The notes: generated by a model from the letters alone, not told the origin. DNA of 64,000 bases from Bacteroidota bacterium (GCA_046309355.1 JBKCPL010000031.1:70520-134519), one strand, 5' to 3'; counted from the first letter of the stretch, positions 51,252 to 62,350 are shown. Program-made: numbers and translations.

Positions 51252-52610
51252 TTATTTTGGTTGTTGAATTTCCTGACTAATATTCTCGTCACCCTGCTGA
51301 TAAGGCACATACGTAATGATTAATTGAAACATTTCATCTGTTGTTTTCATACTCCCTTCACGTTCCCGAATTTCTCGAGGCGGTTGAAACGGATTATTGG
51401 GATTTTCAGCTGTGTTGTCGTACACACCCTCCACGTAAATGGTAGTGCCACGCGGAAGTTTCAATAAGTTTTTAAACTGATAGAAATACTGCCAGCGAAA
51501 ATCCCAGCGAGGTATACGTATTAGTGGAATGGTATCGCCATTAGGTTTCACTGCATAAGCAAGGTATGATTTGCCTATAAGGTGCATATGTGGCACAATG
51601 CTGATAAGTGAAATATCTTCTGGTATGGTAGCCTGTATTCGAAATGTTTTTACCTCGCCAGCAGGAACAATAAGAGCCGGTACAACAGGTGCAATTCCCA
51701 ACGTACCAAGCTGAAATTCTTTCACAGGTCGCTTAGGAGGGTGAGAAGTAAAGTATATTTTAAAATAGGAACTGTCTTTGGCATCAACCGGTGTGGGGCC
51801 GTAGTGCAAATCATTTAGGTAAAAAGCATTCTTTTTACCGATTCTATAACCTCCAATTTCAGACGGATAAAAACTGAACAATGAGCCCGGTAAATAATTA
51901 CTTACGCTGGGCGACATGGTCGGATAGCTGCCATCATCGTGCAACAGGTTTAACTGACGGTGCACGCCTTGCAAATCGGTTTTATTTTGATTTATCCAGT
52001 ACTTTCCGTCAAATACATTCTTTTTCTTTCCGGTGTCAAACGTTATCAGGTGTGTATTGACGTGATGTACCAGTTTCTTATTTCCGGGTACAAATTCAAT
52101 AGCACGAATACATGTATCGGCTGGTAATTCAAACGGTATTTTCATAACCAGAAACAAGTCTTCATTGTTTCCGGGAATGGGCACATCGGGTACTTTCACA
52201 ATCATATCCGGTTCACCAAATACCTTCCTTTTTTTTACATCAGCTGCTGTGTATCGAATAGTTGAATCGCCCACGGGCATACCCGCATCAATCCATGTAT
52301 TGATAGTTTCAAGCTCAGTATCGGTTAATACCAACTCATTGGCAAAATGAGAATACGAAGCATCAGCAGGCCACGGAGGCATGATACGTTCATTGACTAG
52401 ATACCGAATAAGTTTGGCTCTGCCGGTTACATCTTCATAATTTAACAAACTGAAGGGGCCCGCCTCTCCTTCTAAGTGGCATTGGGCACACTTATTATGA
52501 ATAATAGGAGCAATATCGTCCGTAAATACCGGTGCGTGATGGACAGGCGCAATACTGCACGCTAGCATACACAAGCATACTATGGCTATAAAAATTATTC
52601 TATAAAACAT
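51252..52610 (-). CDS. Lipoprotein that fuses an N-terminal PSCyt1-like heme c domain to a copper type-II ascorbate-dependent monooxygenase (DBH/PHM)-like catalytic region.
   Basis: The lipobox is MLAC. The heme c domain reads CAQCH...MPPWP...LTDTELETINTWIDAG. The CuH-like site is LVHHVNTHL. The CuM-like site is PHMHLIG, with a downstream Met in EGSMKTTDEM. Confidence 0.5.
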   Translation of the reverse strand: MFYRIIFIAIVCLCMLACSIAPVHHAPVFTDDIAPIIHNKCAQCHLEGEAGPFSLLNYEDVTGRAKLIRYLVNERIMPPWPADASYSHFANELVLTDTELETINTWIDAGMPVGDSTIRYTAADVKKRKVFGEPDMIVKVPDVPIPGNNEDLFLVMKIPFELPADTCIRAIEFVPGNKKLVHHVNTHLITFDTGKKKNVFDGKYWINQNKTDLQGVHRQLNLLHDDGSYPTMSPSVSNYLPGSLFSFYPSEIGGYRIGKKNAFYLNDLHYGPTPVDAKDSSYFKIYFTSHPPKRPVKEFQLGTLGIAPVVPALIVPAGEVKTFRIQATIPEDISLISIVPHMHLIGKSYLAYAVKPNGDTIPLIRIPRWDFRWQYFYQFKNLLKLPRGTTIYVEGVYDNTAENPNNPFQPPREIREREGSMKTTDEMFQLIITYVPYQQGDENISQEIQQPK

Positions 52611-53137
52611 CCCACTGCTTTTGTTTTGGAAACGGGAACAGGCTTGCCTGCCACATATGCATCCAGCGCGTTTCGTAAATCATGTTCAGTAACTATTGTT
52701 CGCTTTCGGCCGGGTGCATATGCCCAGTTATCAATGCGGCCTGCATAAACCAATCCTTTATCGGGTACAAATAAAAATGCTTCAGGAGTGATTGTCGCTT
52801 TAAAATATCTGGTCAGCTTCTTGTTTTCATCTATAAATACTGAAAATTTAACCTTGTAGGTACGTGCGAAATCTGCTACTTGCTTGCTTGTGTATGCTTT
52901 ACCGGGTACAATTGCCACCAGGGCTATTTGCTTAGATGCATAGGTTTGATGAAACTCATTGAGGGTTTTGGTATAATTCTGACAGAGCGGACACTCAGGT
53001 GAAATAAAAACATACACTGCTGTCTGCTTTTTAAGGTCTAAGTAAAAGGTAGTACCATTAGTGTTTTTAACTGCAAAGCGCTGTGCATGCACAAAGGCAA
53101 AACACCCTATCAGTAAAAGACAAAGTACATAACGCAT
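52595..53137 (-). CDS. Thioredoxin-fold protein of the TlpA/redoxin family.
   Basis: There is a signal peptide. The CxxC site is ISPECPLCQ. The length is 180 aa. Its stop overlaps the downstream monooxygenase gene by 16 bp. Confidence 0.6.
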   Translation of the reverse strand: MRYVLCLLLIGCFAFVHAQRFAVKNTNGTTFYLDLKKQTAVYVFISPECPLCQNYTKTLNEFHQTYASKQIALVAIVPGKAYTSKQVADFARTYKVKFSVFIDENKKLTRYFKATITPEAFLFVPDKGLVYAGRIDNWAYAPGRKRTIVTEHDLRNALDAYVAGKPVPVSKTKAVGCFIE

Positions 53138-53155
53138 GAGGCAAAAATAGTATAA

Positions 53156-54913
53156 TCACCCTATCATTTCATAGGTTTCTTGGGGTACTTCTTTCATATC
53201 CATGACCAAAAACCCATCTAACGAATGGTTAAACTTAGGGTCAATATTGAAGGCTATAATTTTCGCGTTTTGCTTCAGGTATTTTTTCAGCAATACCGGC
53301 ACTTTATTGTGTGTCGTTTCAATATCGGAAATCATACTATCCAGCATTTTCATATCATCTGTAGTGTGATTAAGCAACTCTTTGCCTTCGCCTTTGTGCT
53401 GGTAGTGATACTTTTTCCGCGGTTTCACATGAGCAGAAAGTTTGTTGTCGAAATGATACTTTTTGATGTAATCTACCAGCAGATCTTTGCTCAACGATGA
53501 AAAGCTATTGCTTATGCTTACCGGCCCAATCAAATACCTGTATCGGTAATCGGTTTGTTTTAAAAACTCATTGATTCCTTTCCAGAGCAGCATTAGGCTT
53601 AATGGTTTACGCTGATATTCCTTTACTACAAACGACCGTCCCAATTCCATCGATTGCTTGAGTATGTCGTTAAATGGTTTAGCTATTTTAAATAACTCAT
53701 TCAGGTAAAATCCTTTCTTTTTGTATCGCCTGAACAACACATCCCCAAGTCCTATGCGGTAAGCACCTACAATTTTTTTAGCCGCTGAATCCCATATAAA
53801 CAAATGCTTGTAGTGCACATCAAATTCATCCGAATCAAAACTGTGGTTGGTGCCCTCTCCTACTTCACGAAACGTAATTTCACGCAATCGGGTAATCTCT
53901 TTTAAGATATTGGGGATAAAACGTGCACCTGAAATATATACTTCAAATTGCTCTTGCACGAATAATAGGTGTTTTCTGCCTTTCACTCGTACAATGTCTT
54001 CCTCCAGCAATGCTGTGCTTACAGCTTCAATAATGGGCTGAGGTTGCTCCAATACCGGACGAATTCGGAATTTAAAATGCTCGGTTACATCAAGCGATGA
54101 ACCCAGCGAGTAGGTTTTAGCTCTTAAAAATCGCAACAAACTTTCGGGATCGGTAAATTCTTGTACCGTTTTAATAGAAACCGGTTTACCAATTCGAACC
54201 TGAATAGGTTCTTTCTGCTTTTTGAATAGCTCAGAGGGCAGTTTTGCAGTACGCAATACCGGGTGAACAAGTCCAAGCAAATTAAATATTAGGCTGTTGT
54301 TGCCTGAAAAATAAAGAGGCACAACTTTTACCCCAGCTTTCATAATCATTTTTCCTACCACCGGATTCCACTCTTTATCTCGTATGGTAAAATTATTCAG
54401 CCTGAGCGATGAAACTTCGCCAGCTGGGAAAAGGCCTATAGGATGCCCTTCATCAACAAGTCTCATGGCTTTCTTTATTCCGGATACATTCATCGACTTT
54501 TTATCGGATTTATCGAACGGATTAACAAGAACAAAGTGATTGCTGATTGGAGTTATTTGCTGCAATAGATAATTGGCCATTATTTTAAAATCGGGACGCT
54601 TGCGGGCAATCAGCGATAACATAATTAATCCGTCAATGCCCCCGTAAGGGTGATTAGCTACCACAATGAAGGGCTCATTCGCAGGAATGTTCCGAAAGTC
54701 TTCGTCATCTAGTTCATATCGTATATTCAGCTTTTCCAAAATTTTATCTACAAAATCCATTCCTTCATACAGATGGGCTGTTTGGTAAACCTTATTTACC
54801 TCCTTCAACTTCAGCAACTTCATCAGTATAGGTGCCAGCTTATTAATTTTATACTGCTCCAGTTTCAGGTCCTGTGCCAGTTTATTTTCCGATATAAGTT
54901 CTTTGTCTGCCAT
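53156..54913 (-). CDS. Bifunctional acyltransferase, OlsF-like. The N-terminal domain is a PlsC-type O-acyltransferase and the C-terminal domain is an OlsB/GNAT-like N-acyltransferase.
   Basis: The HXXXXD motif is VANHPYGGIDG. The C-terminal region reads FIWDSAAKKIVGAYRIGLGD, which resembles aminolipid N-acyltransferases. The start is the ATG at 54913 because the track's start is GTG. Confidence 0.55.
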   Translation of the reverse strand: MADKELISENKLAQDLKLEQYKINKLAPILMKLLKLKEVNKVYQTAHLYEGMDFVDKILEKLNIRYELDDEDFRNIPANEPFIVVANHPYGGIDGLIMLSLIARKRPDFKIMANYLLQQITPISNHFVLVNPFDKSDKKSMNVSGIKKAMRLVDEGHPIGLFPAGEVSSLRLNNFTIRDKEWNPVVGKMIMKAGVKVVPLYFSGNNSLIFNLLGLVHPVLRTAKLPSELFKKQKEPIQVRIGKPVSIKTVQEFTDPESLLRFLRAKTYSLGSSLDVTEHFKFRIRPVLEQPQPIIEAVSTALLEEDIVRVKGRKHLLFVQEQFEVYISGARFIPNILKEITRLREITFREVGEGTNHSFDSDEFDVHYKHLFIWDSAAKKIVGAYRIGLGDVLFRRYKKKGFYLNELFKIAKPFNDILKQSMELGRSFVVKEYQRKPLSLMLLWKGINEFLKQTDYRYRYLIGPVSISNSFSSLSKDLLVDYIKKYHFDNKLSAHVKPRKKYHYQHKGEGKELLNHTTDDMKMLDSMISDIETTHNKVPVLLKKYLKQNAKIIAFNIDPKFNHSLDGFLVMDMKEVPQETYEMIG

Positions 54914-55120
54914 AAATAACCTCACGAAGGTGTTCGTAACACGTTAAGTGAACCTTAAGCATACATTAAGTTAGCATGAAATAATAGGTGAAGTAGGTAG
55001 TATATATTACTTGCTTAGTAGGTGTATCGGGTCATTTGCATGCAGCGTTAATTCAGCATGTTCGATTCGTGCAAGGCTTGTATTTCTCATTTCCTATGAA
55101 ATTCCACTACATTTGATGCC

Positions 55121-56026
55121 ATGCCCGAATTGAGCGAAGACCTATTGCTGCAAACTCCTTTGGAGCTGCTGGCCACGCAAGTGGTAGAAGGCTTTATAAC
55201 GGGTATGCATAAAAGCCCGTTTCACGGATTTTCGGTCGAATTTGCCGAACACCGCTTGTACAACACCGGAGAATCAACCCGGCATATTGACTGGAAATTA
55301 TTTGGACGAACAGATAAGCTGTTTGTAAAACGGTACGAAGAGGAAACCAATCTGCGTTGTCAAATTATTATTGACAATTCAGGTTCGATGTACTATCCCG
55401 AAAAGGGGCTAAACAAAATCCGATTTTCGGTATATGCCGCTGCATCCATCATTCACCTGCTGAAGAAACAACGCGATGCCTCGGGACTGAGTATTATCAA
55501 TAACGATATAGCCTTTCACGTACAACCTAAGCTGCAAAGTGCGCATCAGAAGCTGATGATGCATGAACTTGAAAAGTTGCTGAAAAAGCCAGAAAGTCCC
55601 CGGCAAAGTCTTATTGTGAATGCCCTACATAAATTGGCTGAACGTATACACCGAAGGTCGCTGGTAGTATTATTCAGCGACATGTTCGACTCCGCAGCCA
55701 ATATGGATAAACTGTTTGAGGCTTTACAACATCTTAAATTCAACAAGCACGAGGTTATTCTTTTCCATGTAACCGATAAGCGAACCGAGATGGAATTTGA
55801 CTTCCAAAACAGACCCTATATTTTCATTGACAGCGAAACCAACGAGAAGGTAAAACTATTTCCATCGCAGATAAAGGAAAAGTACCAGAGCGAGCTTAGC
55901 CGGTTTAATCACGAATTGAAATTGAAATGTGCCCAGTTTAAAATCGATTTATTCGAAGCATCTGTAAGCAATGACTTCAATCAGCTGCTTACTGCATTTT
56001 TAGTCAAGCGAGCGAAGATGTACTGA
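55121..56026 (+). CDS. DUF58-family protein (a vWA-like protein that usually partners a MoxR ATPase).
   Basis: ...HIDWKLFGRTDKLFVKRYEEETNLRCQIIIDNSGSM is the characteristic DUF58 block. Confidence 0.7.
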   Translation: MPELSEDLLLQTPLELLATQVVEGFITGMHKSPFHGFSVEFAEHRLYNTGESTRHIDWKLFGRTDKLFVKRYEEETNLRCQIIIDNSGSMYYPEKGLNKIRFSVYAAASIIHLLKKQRDASGLSIINNDIAFHVQPKLQSAHQKLMMHELEKLLKKPESPRQSLIVNALHKLAERIHRRSLVVLFSDMFDSAANMDKLFEALQHLKFNKHEVILFHVTDKRTEMEFDFQNRPYIFIDSETNEKVKLFPSQIKEKYQSELSRFNHELKLKCAQFKIDLFEASVSNDFNQLLTAFLVKRAKMY

Positions 56027-56034
56027 GAGACTAA

Positions 56035-56505
56035 CTAATCATTGTGATAAGGCTCCCCTCTGATGATGGTAAATGCCCTGTATAACTGCTCCAGAAAAAT
56101 TAGCCGAATAAGCTGATGCGAAAACGTCATAGCTGATAGTGAAAGTTTGTTATTGGCACGGGCATATACCTCATCACTAAATCCAAATGCTCCACCAATT
56201 ACAAATGATATTGATGCATGATGCAGTTGTGTTTTCTCGATTAATGCAGCGAACTTTCGTGAGTTATACGATTGCCCTTCTTCATCCAGTAGAAACACAT
56301 ACTCAGTATGCTGGAATTGTTTCAAGAGCAACTCCCCTTCCATTTTCTTAACCACTGATGGCTCTGCACTGCGGTACTTAGCTGGCAGCTCCAGCACAAC
56401 TTGCTCAAACTTACAGTAATGTTTGAGGCGGCTTTCAAAAAGCGTTACCCCATCCTGTACAAAACTGAAGTGCGTTTTACCAATTTGAATGAGTTTAATT
56501 TTCAT
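56035..56505 (-). CDS. rlmH: 23S rRNA (pseudouridine1915-N3)-methyltransferase RlmH.
   Basis: MKIKLIQIGKT...HYCKFEQVVLELP... matches the SPOUT RlmH consensus and the length is 156 aa. Confidence 0.9.
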   Translation of the reverse strand: MKIKLIQIGKTHFSFVQDGVTLFESRLKHYCKFEQVVLELPAKYRSAEPSVVKKMEGELLLKQFQHTEYVFLLDEEGQSYNSRKFAALIEKTQLHHASISFVIGGAFGFSDEVYARANNKLSLSAMTFSHQLIRLIFLEQLYRAFTIIRGEPYHND

Positions 56506-56510
56506 ACAAT

Positions 56511-56541
56511 AAAAAAAGCGGGCAGTGCCCGCTTTGTGTTA
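56511..56541 (-). terminator. Rho-independent terminator of clpC.
   Basis: A gcgggcag / ctgcccgc stem (aaaaaagcgggcagtgcccgctttgtg) is followed on the minus strand by a T7 run. Confidence 0.6.
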
Positions 56542-59079
56542 TTCCGGTTTTTCAGACGCAGGATCTTTTTTCTTGCGCTCCTTTTTGCGAATGGTAGAAA
56601 TTTTTAATTCAGTTGCATCGGATTCGTGGTCAACTTCAATAGTTGCACCTTCCGGTGATTCTCCTTTTAGTACCTCTTCGGCAATGGGGTCCTCAACATA
56701 CTTTTGTATGGTGCGCTGCAAAGGTCTTGCACCTAAATCCGGATCGAAGCCTTTTTCTGCCAGAAACACTTTAGCAGCATCTGTAATTTTAAATGCAAAG
56801 CCTAATTCCTCTACACGCTTAATCAGTTTCTCCATGTTCAATTCCAGAATTTTGCTGATAGATTCTTTATCCAGTGAGTTGAATACAATTACATCATCAA
56901 TCCTGTTCAAAAACTCGGGTGAAAAGAAACGCTTAAGTGCATTTTCAATCACAATTTTAGCATTGCTGTCGGCTGAAGCCATTTTGCTGGGTGTACCAAA
57001 TCCCACACCCTGACCAAAATCTTTTAGCTGACGCGAACCGATATTGCTGGTCATGATAATGATGGTATTTCGGAAATCAATTTTGCGTCCCAGACTATCA
57101 GTAATAAAACCTTCATCCAGTACCTGAAGTAATATGTTGAATACATCGGGGTGTGCTTTTTCAATTTCATCAAGCAGTACCACCGCATAAGGTTTTCTGC
57201 GAATTTTTTCAGTGAGTTGTCCGCCTTCTTCATATCCAATGTAACCCGGAGGTGCACCTACCAAACGAGACACCGCAAATTTCTCCATGTATTCACTCAT
57301 GTCAATACGTACTAAGGCATCTTCAGTGTCGAATAAGTACTTCGCCAGTACTTTAGCCATTTCTGTTTTACCTACACCTGTTGGCCCTAAAAACACAAAT
57401 GAGCCTATGGGTTTATTCGGGTTTTTAAGTCCTGCACGTGTGCGTTGAATAGCTTTTGCCAATTTTTTTATGGCTTCATCCTGTCCGATAACTTTGCCTT
57501 GAAGTTCTGAGCCCATATTTAGCAGACGTTGTCCTTCGCTTTGTGCGATTCGTTTAACCGGCACACCAGTCATCATGGCTATTACTTCGGCTACATCTTC
57601 TTCAGTAACACGGTAGCGCTGCGACTTGGTTTCTTCTTCCCACTTAATTTTAGCTTCTTCTAATTGCTCAATCAGTTCTTTTTCTTTGTCGCGCAATTTG
57701 GCAGCCTCCTCATATTTTTGGCTTTTTACAACTTTGTTCTTTTCTACTTTGATATCTTCAATGGCCTTTTCCAGTTCAAGTATATCATCGGGAACATGAA
57801 TATTTCCTATGTGGACACGTGCACCAGCTTCATCCATTACATCAATCGCTTTGTCGGGCAAATGACGATCGGTAATGTAACGGTTACTCATTTTCACACA
57901 CGCATCCAATGCCGCTTCATCGTACGTCACCGAATGGTGATCTTCGTATTTGCTCTTGATGTTATTCAGAATTTGTACGGTTTCTTCAGGCGAGGTAGGA
58001 TTTACCATTACCGGTTGAAACCTGCGCTCAAGTGCACCGTCTTTTTCGATATACTGACGGTACTCGTCAAGTGTGGTTGCACCAATGCATTGAATTTCGC
58101 CTCTGGCCAATGCCGGCTTAAACATATTGGATGCATCCAGCGAACCTGATGCTCCGCCTGCTCCTACAATGGTGTGGAGTTCGTCAATGAATAAAATTAC
58201 ATCAGGCGATTTTTCCAATTCGTTCATCACCGCCTTCATACGTTCTTCAAACTGACCGCGGTATTTAGTACCGGCTACCAGCGATGCCAGATCTAGCATG
58301 ATTACACGTTTGTTGAATAAAACACGTGAAACTTTACGCTGAACAATCCGTAGTGCAAGGCCTTCGGCTATGGCCGTTTTACCCACCCCGGGTTCTCCAA
58401 TAAGTATCGGATTGTTTTTCTTTCTGCGAGATAGTATTTGCGATACCCGTTCTATTTCTTTTTCACGTCCTACTATAGGATCTAGCTTTCCATCCTCAGC
58501 GGATTTGGTCAAATCGCGACCGAAATTATCCAGCACCGGAGTCTTGGATTTAGGATCTGCTTTACGCACAGGCTCCTGCGGACGATTGCGTTCTTCGCGG
58601 TAGTATTCCTCTTCCGAATCGGACGACATTTCGTTTTTGGTTTCGGTAATGTTGTTTTCTATAGCCGATTTGAAAACATCGTAAGCCACGCCATACTGTG
58701 CCAGTATTTGCGAAGCCAGGTTATCTTCATCGCGCAATATCGATAGCAGCAGATGCTCTGTGCCAATAATATCGGTTTTGAAAATTTTAGCCTCGAGGTA
58801 CGTAATCTTCAATACTTTTTCAGCCTGTTTTGTCAAGGGAATATTCACCAGGTTTGCATTTCCTGTGGCAGTTCCCCGTATGGCGTCTTCAATACTGCGC
58901 TTCAATCGAATGGTATCTATGTCTAGCGCTTTGAGGGTTTTGATGGCTTTGCCATCGCCTTCCCTTATTAATCCCAGCAATAGGTGCTCGGTCCCTATGT
59001 AATCATGCCCTAAGCGAATTGCCTCTTCGCGGCTGTAGCTGATTACATCTTTAACACGTGGTGAAAATTTTGCTTCCAT
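56539..59079 (-). CDS. clpC: Class III Clp/Hsp100 ATPase ClpC, with double Clp_N, two AAA+ modules and a UVR-like linker.
   Basis: The Clp_N repeats are [20 protein letters not shown] and ...[14 protein letters not shown]. The Walker A boxes are GEPGVGKT and GPTGVGKT. There is a short coiled-coil linker, which points to ClpC rather than ClpB. Confidence 0.9.
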   Translation of the reverse strand: MEAKFSPRVKDVISYSREEAIRLGHDYIGTEHLLLGLIREGDGKAIKTLKALDIDTIRLKRSIEDAIRGTATGNANLVNIPLTKQAEKVLKITYLEAKIFKTDIIGTEHLLLSILRDEDNLASQILAQYGVAYDVFKSAIENNITETKNEMSSDSEEEYYREERNRPQEPVRKADPKSKTPVLDNFGRDLTKSAEDGKLDPIVGREKEIERVSQILSRRKKNNPILIGEPGVGKTAIAEGLALRIVQRKVSRVLFNKRVIMLDLASLVAGTKYRGQFEERMKAVMNELEKSPDVILFIDELHTIVGAGGASGSLDASNMFKPALARGEIQCIGATTLDEYRQYIEKDGALERRFQPVMVNPTSPEETVQILNNIKSKYEDHHSVTYDEAALDACVKMSNRYITDRHLPDKAIDVMDEAGARVHIGNIHVPDDILELEKAIEDIKVEKNKVVKSQKYEEAAKLRDKEKELIEQLEEAKIKWEEETKSQRYRVTEEDVAEVIAMMTGVPVKRIAQSEGQRLLNMGSELQGKVIGQDEAIKKLAKAIQRTRAGLKNPNKPIGSFVFLGPTGVGKTEMAKVLAKYLFDTEDALVRIDMSEYMEKFAVSRLVGAPPGYIGYEEGGQLTEKIRRKPYAVVLLDEIEKAHPDVFNILLQVLDEGFITDSLGRKIDFRNTIIIMTSNIGSRQLKDFGQGVGFGTPSKMASADSNAKIVIENALKRFFSPEFLNRIDDVIVFNSLDKESISKILELNMEKLIKRVEELGFAFKITDAAKVFLAEKGFDPDLGARPLQRTIQKYVEDPIAEEVLKGESPEGATIEVDHESDATELKISTIRKKERKKKDPASEKPE

Positions 59080-59126
59080 ACATTTTTATTATAGACAAAA
59101 AGTTGTCAATAATTGGTGTTTATAGT

Positions 59127-59134
59127 CAAATATA
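59127..59134 (-). promoter_or_regulatory. Candidate -7 box (TATATTTG on the minus strand) upstream of clpC.
   Basis: It matches TAnnTTTG and lies 48 nt upstream of the clpC ATG. Confidence 0.3.
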
Positions 59135-59197
59135 GTTCCAAATTACGGCAATCGCAAAGATGTCAGTTTTAGGTTTATCAACAGGTGTGGGAATGAC

Positions 59198-60229
59198 CTA
59201 AAATTTGATGGATTGAAAGCCATCTATCAGGCTTGGGGCTACGCGTACTTCGCCTGTCACCAGTTTGTTAAAATTATGAACCGGATATGTTGCATAGCTA
59301 CTTAGGCCTGTCAGCATTTCAGCAGAAAAAAATCCGCACGACTCAATCAGTGCCTGAGCAACATTGTACTGTGGCTGCATTTTACCATCATCTATTTTTA
59401 TGCATACCCCCCAGTTGCGTTCGGTAAACGACATACAAAAAACTCCTTCAGCTCCCGTTTTACCAATTATTTGCGGAGCAGTAACCTTCATCATATCTGT
59501 GCAGTAGCGTTTTGTTCCTGCAACCATAAATGGATATTCCGATACAGCTTTTACCACTACCGAACATGCTTTATTGATGTGCTCATCGGCCATTTTGCCA
59601 CTTACCAACCGTGCGTAAGCCCATGCCTGATTATACACAGGAATACTAAATATGGGTGCAGAACACCCATCAAGTGCTTTGTGCATATCGGTACGCGAAT
59701 AGCCGTACATCAATTCGCACAACTCCAGTATGCGCTGCTGAAGTGGATGTGTCGGATGAATATACTGTTTCGTGGGCACATTCATCAACCTGCACCAGGC
59801 AAGCATACCTGCATGTTTTCCGCTACAATTATTGTGAATAGCTGATGGAGGTGTGCCGCTGCAAAGAAGCTCATCAGCATGTTTTTTACTGGTTGGGTAT
59901 TGTGCCCCACATTCCAGATCCGCTTCGGTACACTGTATCTTATGCAAAATAGATCGAACTACGCGCAAGTGCTCAGGTTCTGCATTATGCGAACCGCACA
60001 TAATGGCTATTTCTTCAAGCGTAAGCCCAAAGCGCTCCATCCCTCCACTCATTATAAGGGGCAAAACCTGTAAAAACTTCATAGCTGAACGCGGATAACA
60101 CAATTGGTGGCTGTTGCCTGCGCTGAATAGAATTTCGCCTTCTGCATCTACGATGCACACCACACCACGATGAAAGCTTTCAAGCACACCGCCACGGTAC
60201 ACTTCAACCAATACAGGGTTTGCTGACAT
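59198..60229 (-). CDS. Asparaginase II family protein (PF06089-like).
   Basis: The N-terminus VLVEVYRGGVLESFHRGVVCIVDAEGEILFSAGN...PRSAMKFLQ is typical of this family. Confidence 0.7.
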   Translation of the reverse strand: MSANPVLVEVYRGGVLESFHRGVVCIVDAEGEILFSAGNSHQLCYPRSAMKFLQVLPLIMSGGMERFGLTLEEIAIMCGSHNAEPEHLRVVRSILHKIQCTEADLECGAQYPTSKKHADELLCSGTPPSAIHNNCSGKHAGMLAWCRLMNVPTKQYIHPTHPLQQRILELCELMYGYSRTDMHKALDGCSAPIFSIPVYNQAWAYARLVSGKMADEHINKACSVVVKAVSEYPFMVAGTKRYCTDMMKVTAPQIIGKTGAEGVFCMSFTERNWGVCIKIDDGKMQPQYNVAQALIESCGFFSAEMLTGLSSYATYPVHNFNKLVTGEVRVAPSLIDGFQSIKF

Positions 60230-61515
60230 TAGTTTATACCTCTGAATAATCGGTTCCAGCGAATCTTTTTGAAAAACCCGGATGCATTGCTGTCCCAGCT
60301 CATCCAGATGAACAACGCCTTACCAACTATGTGATCGTGCGGAACAAAACCCCAGAATCGGGAATCGGCTGAATTATGGCGGTTATCGCCCATCATAAAG
60401 TAATAATCCTGCTTGAACGTATAAGTAGAAATACGTTTGCCCTGAATGAAAAATCCTTTTTCGTTCATTTCAAAAGTCGGGTTATTTTCATACACGCGTA
60501 TTACCCGTTCGTACAGGTAATAGTTAGAACTGTCAAGGGTAATGGTATGGCCTGCCTGGGGTACATACAAAGGCCCGTAATTATCAACGTTCCAAGGCAA
60601 AGGCTTGAAGTGGGGAAAAATATAATCTACATAGGTGCCGGCAGGTTGCACAACCGAGTCTACCAATTGTACGTTATTCAGTGTTTTTATTTTTTTTCTG
60701 GCTTCGTTTGTTAAAATAAGTTCAAAATCGCCATACTGAGACAGTGCCGAACCCTCGGTAATATCAAGCCCGCGAATTGTTTTCTCGCTAAATCCCGAAC
60801 CGTCTGTTTTGACGTAGTACTTAAACTGCATTTTAGGAGGATTTTCAGCCGGCTTACCATTAATAAAAACCTGCTGATTGATAACCTGTATCACATCACC
60901 TGCCACTGCCAGGCAGCGCTTGATGTAATTTTCTTTTTTGTCAATGGGACGTCCATCTTCGGCCGGATAATTAAATACCACCACATCGTTGTTTTTTATT
61001 GTTTGAAAACCGGGCAGCCTGAAGTAGGGCATACTGAAGGCCTCGGTGTACGACTTAGTGCCGATAACCGGCATGGTGTTATGAGCGAATGGGAATGAAA
61101 TGGGCGTTAGTGGAGCACGAGCACCGTAGTTCACTTTACTTACAAACAGAAAATCGCCTACCAGCAGTGATTTTTCCATGGAAGGAGTAGGAATAGTGTA
61201 TGCTTCAATTAAAAAAGTACGTATAAGAGTAGCTGCTACTACTGCAAAGGCCAGCGCTTCTATCCATTCGCGGGCTATACTTTTGCGTTTAAGTTTATTA
61301 ACCAGTATGTAATAAACTATGATGGCAGCTTGTATCACAGTCCAAAACGCGAGTGAGTACAAAATTCCTGCATCGGTAAACAGCACAATGACAATCAGAA
61401 AAAATGTGTTAATGACTGACATAAGCCAGAATGCCCGCTTTTCGCGTTTTGTGAGCATGCTAAAAAAAGAAGAGACCGGTGAAGGAGTTAATTTTTGTTC
61501 GGGTGTATCGTTCAT
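60229..61515 (-). CDS. lepB: Signal peptidase I, the long Bacteroidota form.
   Basis: Box E is [17 protein letters not shown]. The catalytic Ser region is [17 protein letters not shown]. The stop overlaps the downstream start by 1 nt. Confidence 0.9.
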   Translation of the reverse strand: MNDTPEQKLTPSPVSSFFSMLTKREKRAFWLMSVINTFFLIVIVLFTDAGILYSLAFWTVIQAAIIVYYILVNKLKRKSIAREWIEALAFAVVAATLIRTFLIEAYTIPTPSMEKSLLVGDFLFVSKVNYGARAPLTPISFPFAHNTMPVIGTKSYTEAFSMPYFRLPGFQTIKNNDVVVFNYPAEDGRPIDKKENYIKRCLAVAGDVIQVINQQVFINGKPAENPPKMQFKYYVKTDGSGFSEKTIRGLDITEGSALSQYGDFELILTNEARKKIKTLNNVQLVDSVVQPAGTYVDYIFPHFKPLPWNVDNYGPLYVPQAGHTITLDSSNYYLYERVIRVYENNPTFEMNEKGFFIQGKRISTYTFKQDYYFMMGDNRHNSADSRFWGFVPHDHIVGKALFIWMSWDSNASGFFKKIRWNRLFRGIN

Positions 61516-61606
61516 ACCTAACTAATTGGATTATGCGGTGCTAACGTAAACAAGTACATTTTATGACAGGGTATTCGTGCTGTTTGTGATAAGCGGTACG
61601 TTTGCC

Positions 61607-62350
61607 TTATAACTGTAAAATATCATCCATCGTGTAAATGCCTTTTTTACCAATAATCCATTCGGCTGCAAGGATAGCGCCTTTGGCAAAACCATACCGC
61701 GATTTGGCTTTGTGGGTAATTTCAATTTCATCAATCATGGATTCGTATTTTACCGTATGATCTCCGGTAACATCGCCAATTCTGCGTGATTCGATAAGCA
61801 GTTGATGGGGTTTTACACTTTGTGATGGCGTATTTTGATTATACAGCAAACGGTTCACCCACTCGGTCTTGCTTTTATTTTCGGCCAGAATCTGGCGGGC
61901 TAGCGTAAGTGCTGTTCCACTCGGATGGTCTTTTTTTTCTGTGTGGTGTACTTCATCTATCATCACGTTGTATTCCGCCTGATCGGTCATCATTTTTGCC
62001 AGAATACGGTTAAGCTTATAGAATATGTTTACACCTATGCTAAAATTAGTAGAATAAACCATAGACTGCCCTTCGGTGACGCAGCGTTCTTGAATCTGGT
62101 CAAACTGTTCGTACCAGCCTGTTGTGCCAACTACAATAGGCACATGGGCTTCAAAGCATTTCTCAATATTATCAACCGCTGCTGATGGCATGCTAAAATC
62201 AATGGCCACATCAACATTTTCTAAGCTGATAGGCATAAAGTCGTAGGCATTCTCCAGATTGACTTTGTAAACAATGTCATGCCCTTTGGAAAGCGCTATT
62301 TTTTCAACAGCCTTTCCCATTTTACCATAACCCAGAAGTGCTATTTTCAA
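61607..62350 (-). CDS. dapB: 4-hydroxy-tetrahydrodipicolinate reductase.
   Basis: MKIALLGYGKMGKAVE is the NAD-binding motif. The C-terminal region reads ...IEITHKAKSR. The start is TTG. Confidence 0.9.
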   Translation of the reverse strand: MKIALLGYGKMGKAVEKIALSKGHDIVYKVNLENAYDFMPISLENVDVAIDFSMPSAAVDNIEKCFEAHVPIVVGTTGWYEQFDQIQERCVTEGQSMVYSTNFSIGVNIFYKLNRILAKMMTDQAEYNVMIDEVHHTEKKDHPSGTALTLARQILAENKSKTEWVNRLLYNQNTPSQSVKPHQLLIESRRIGDVTGDHTVKYESMIDEIEITHKAKSRYGFAKGAILAAEWIIGKKGIYTMDDILQL

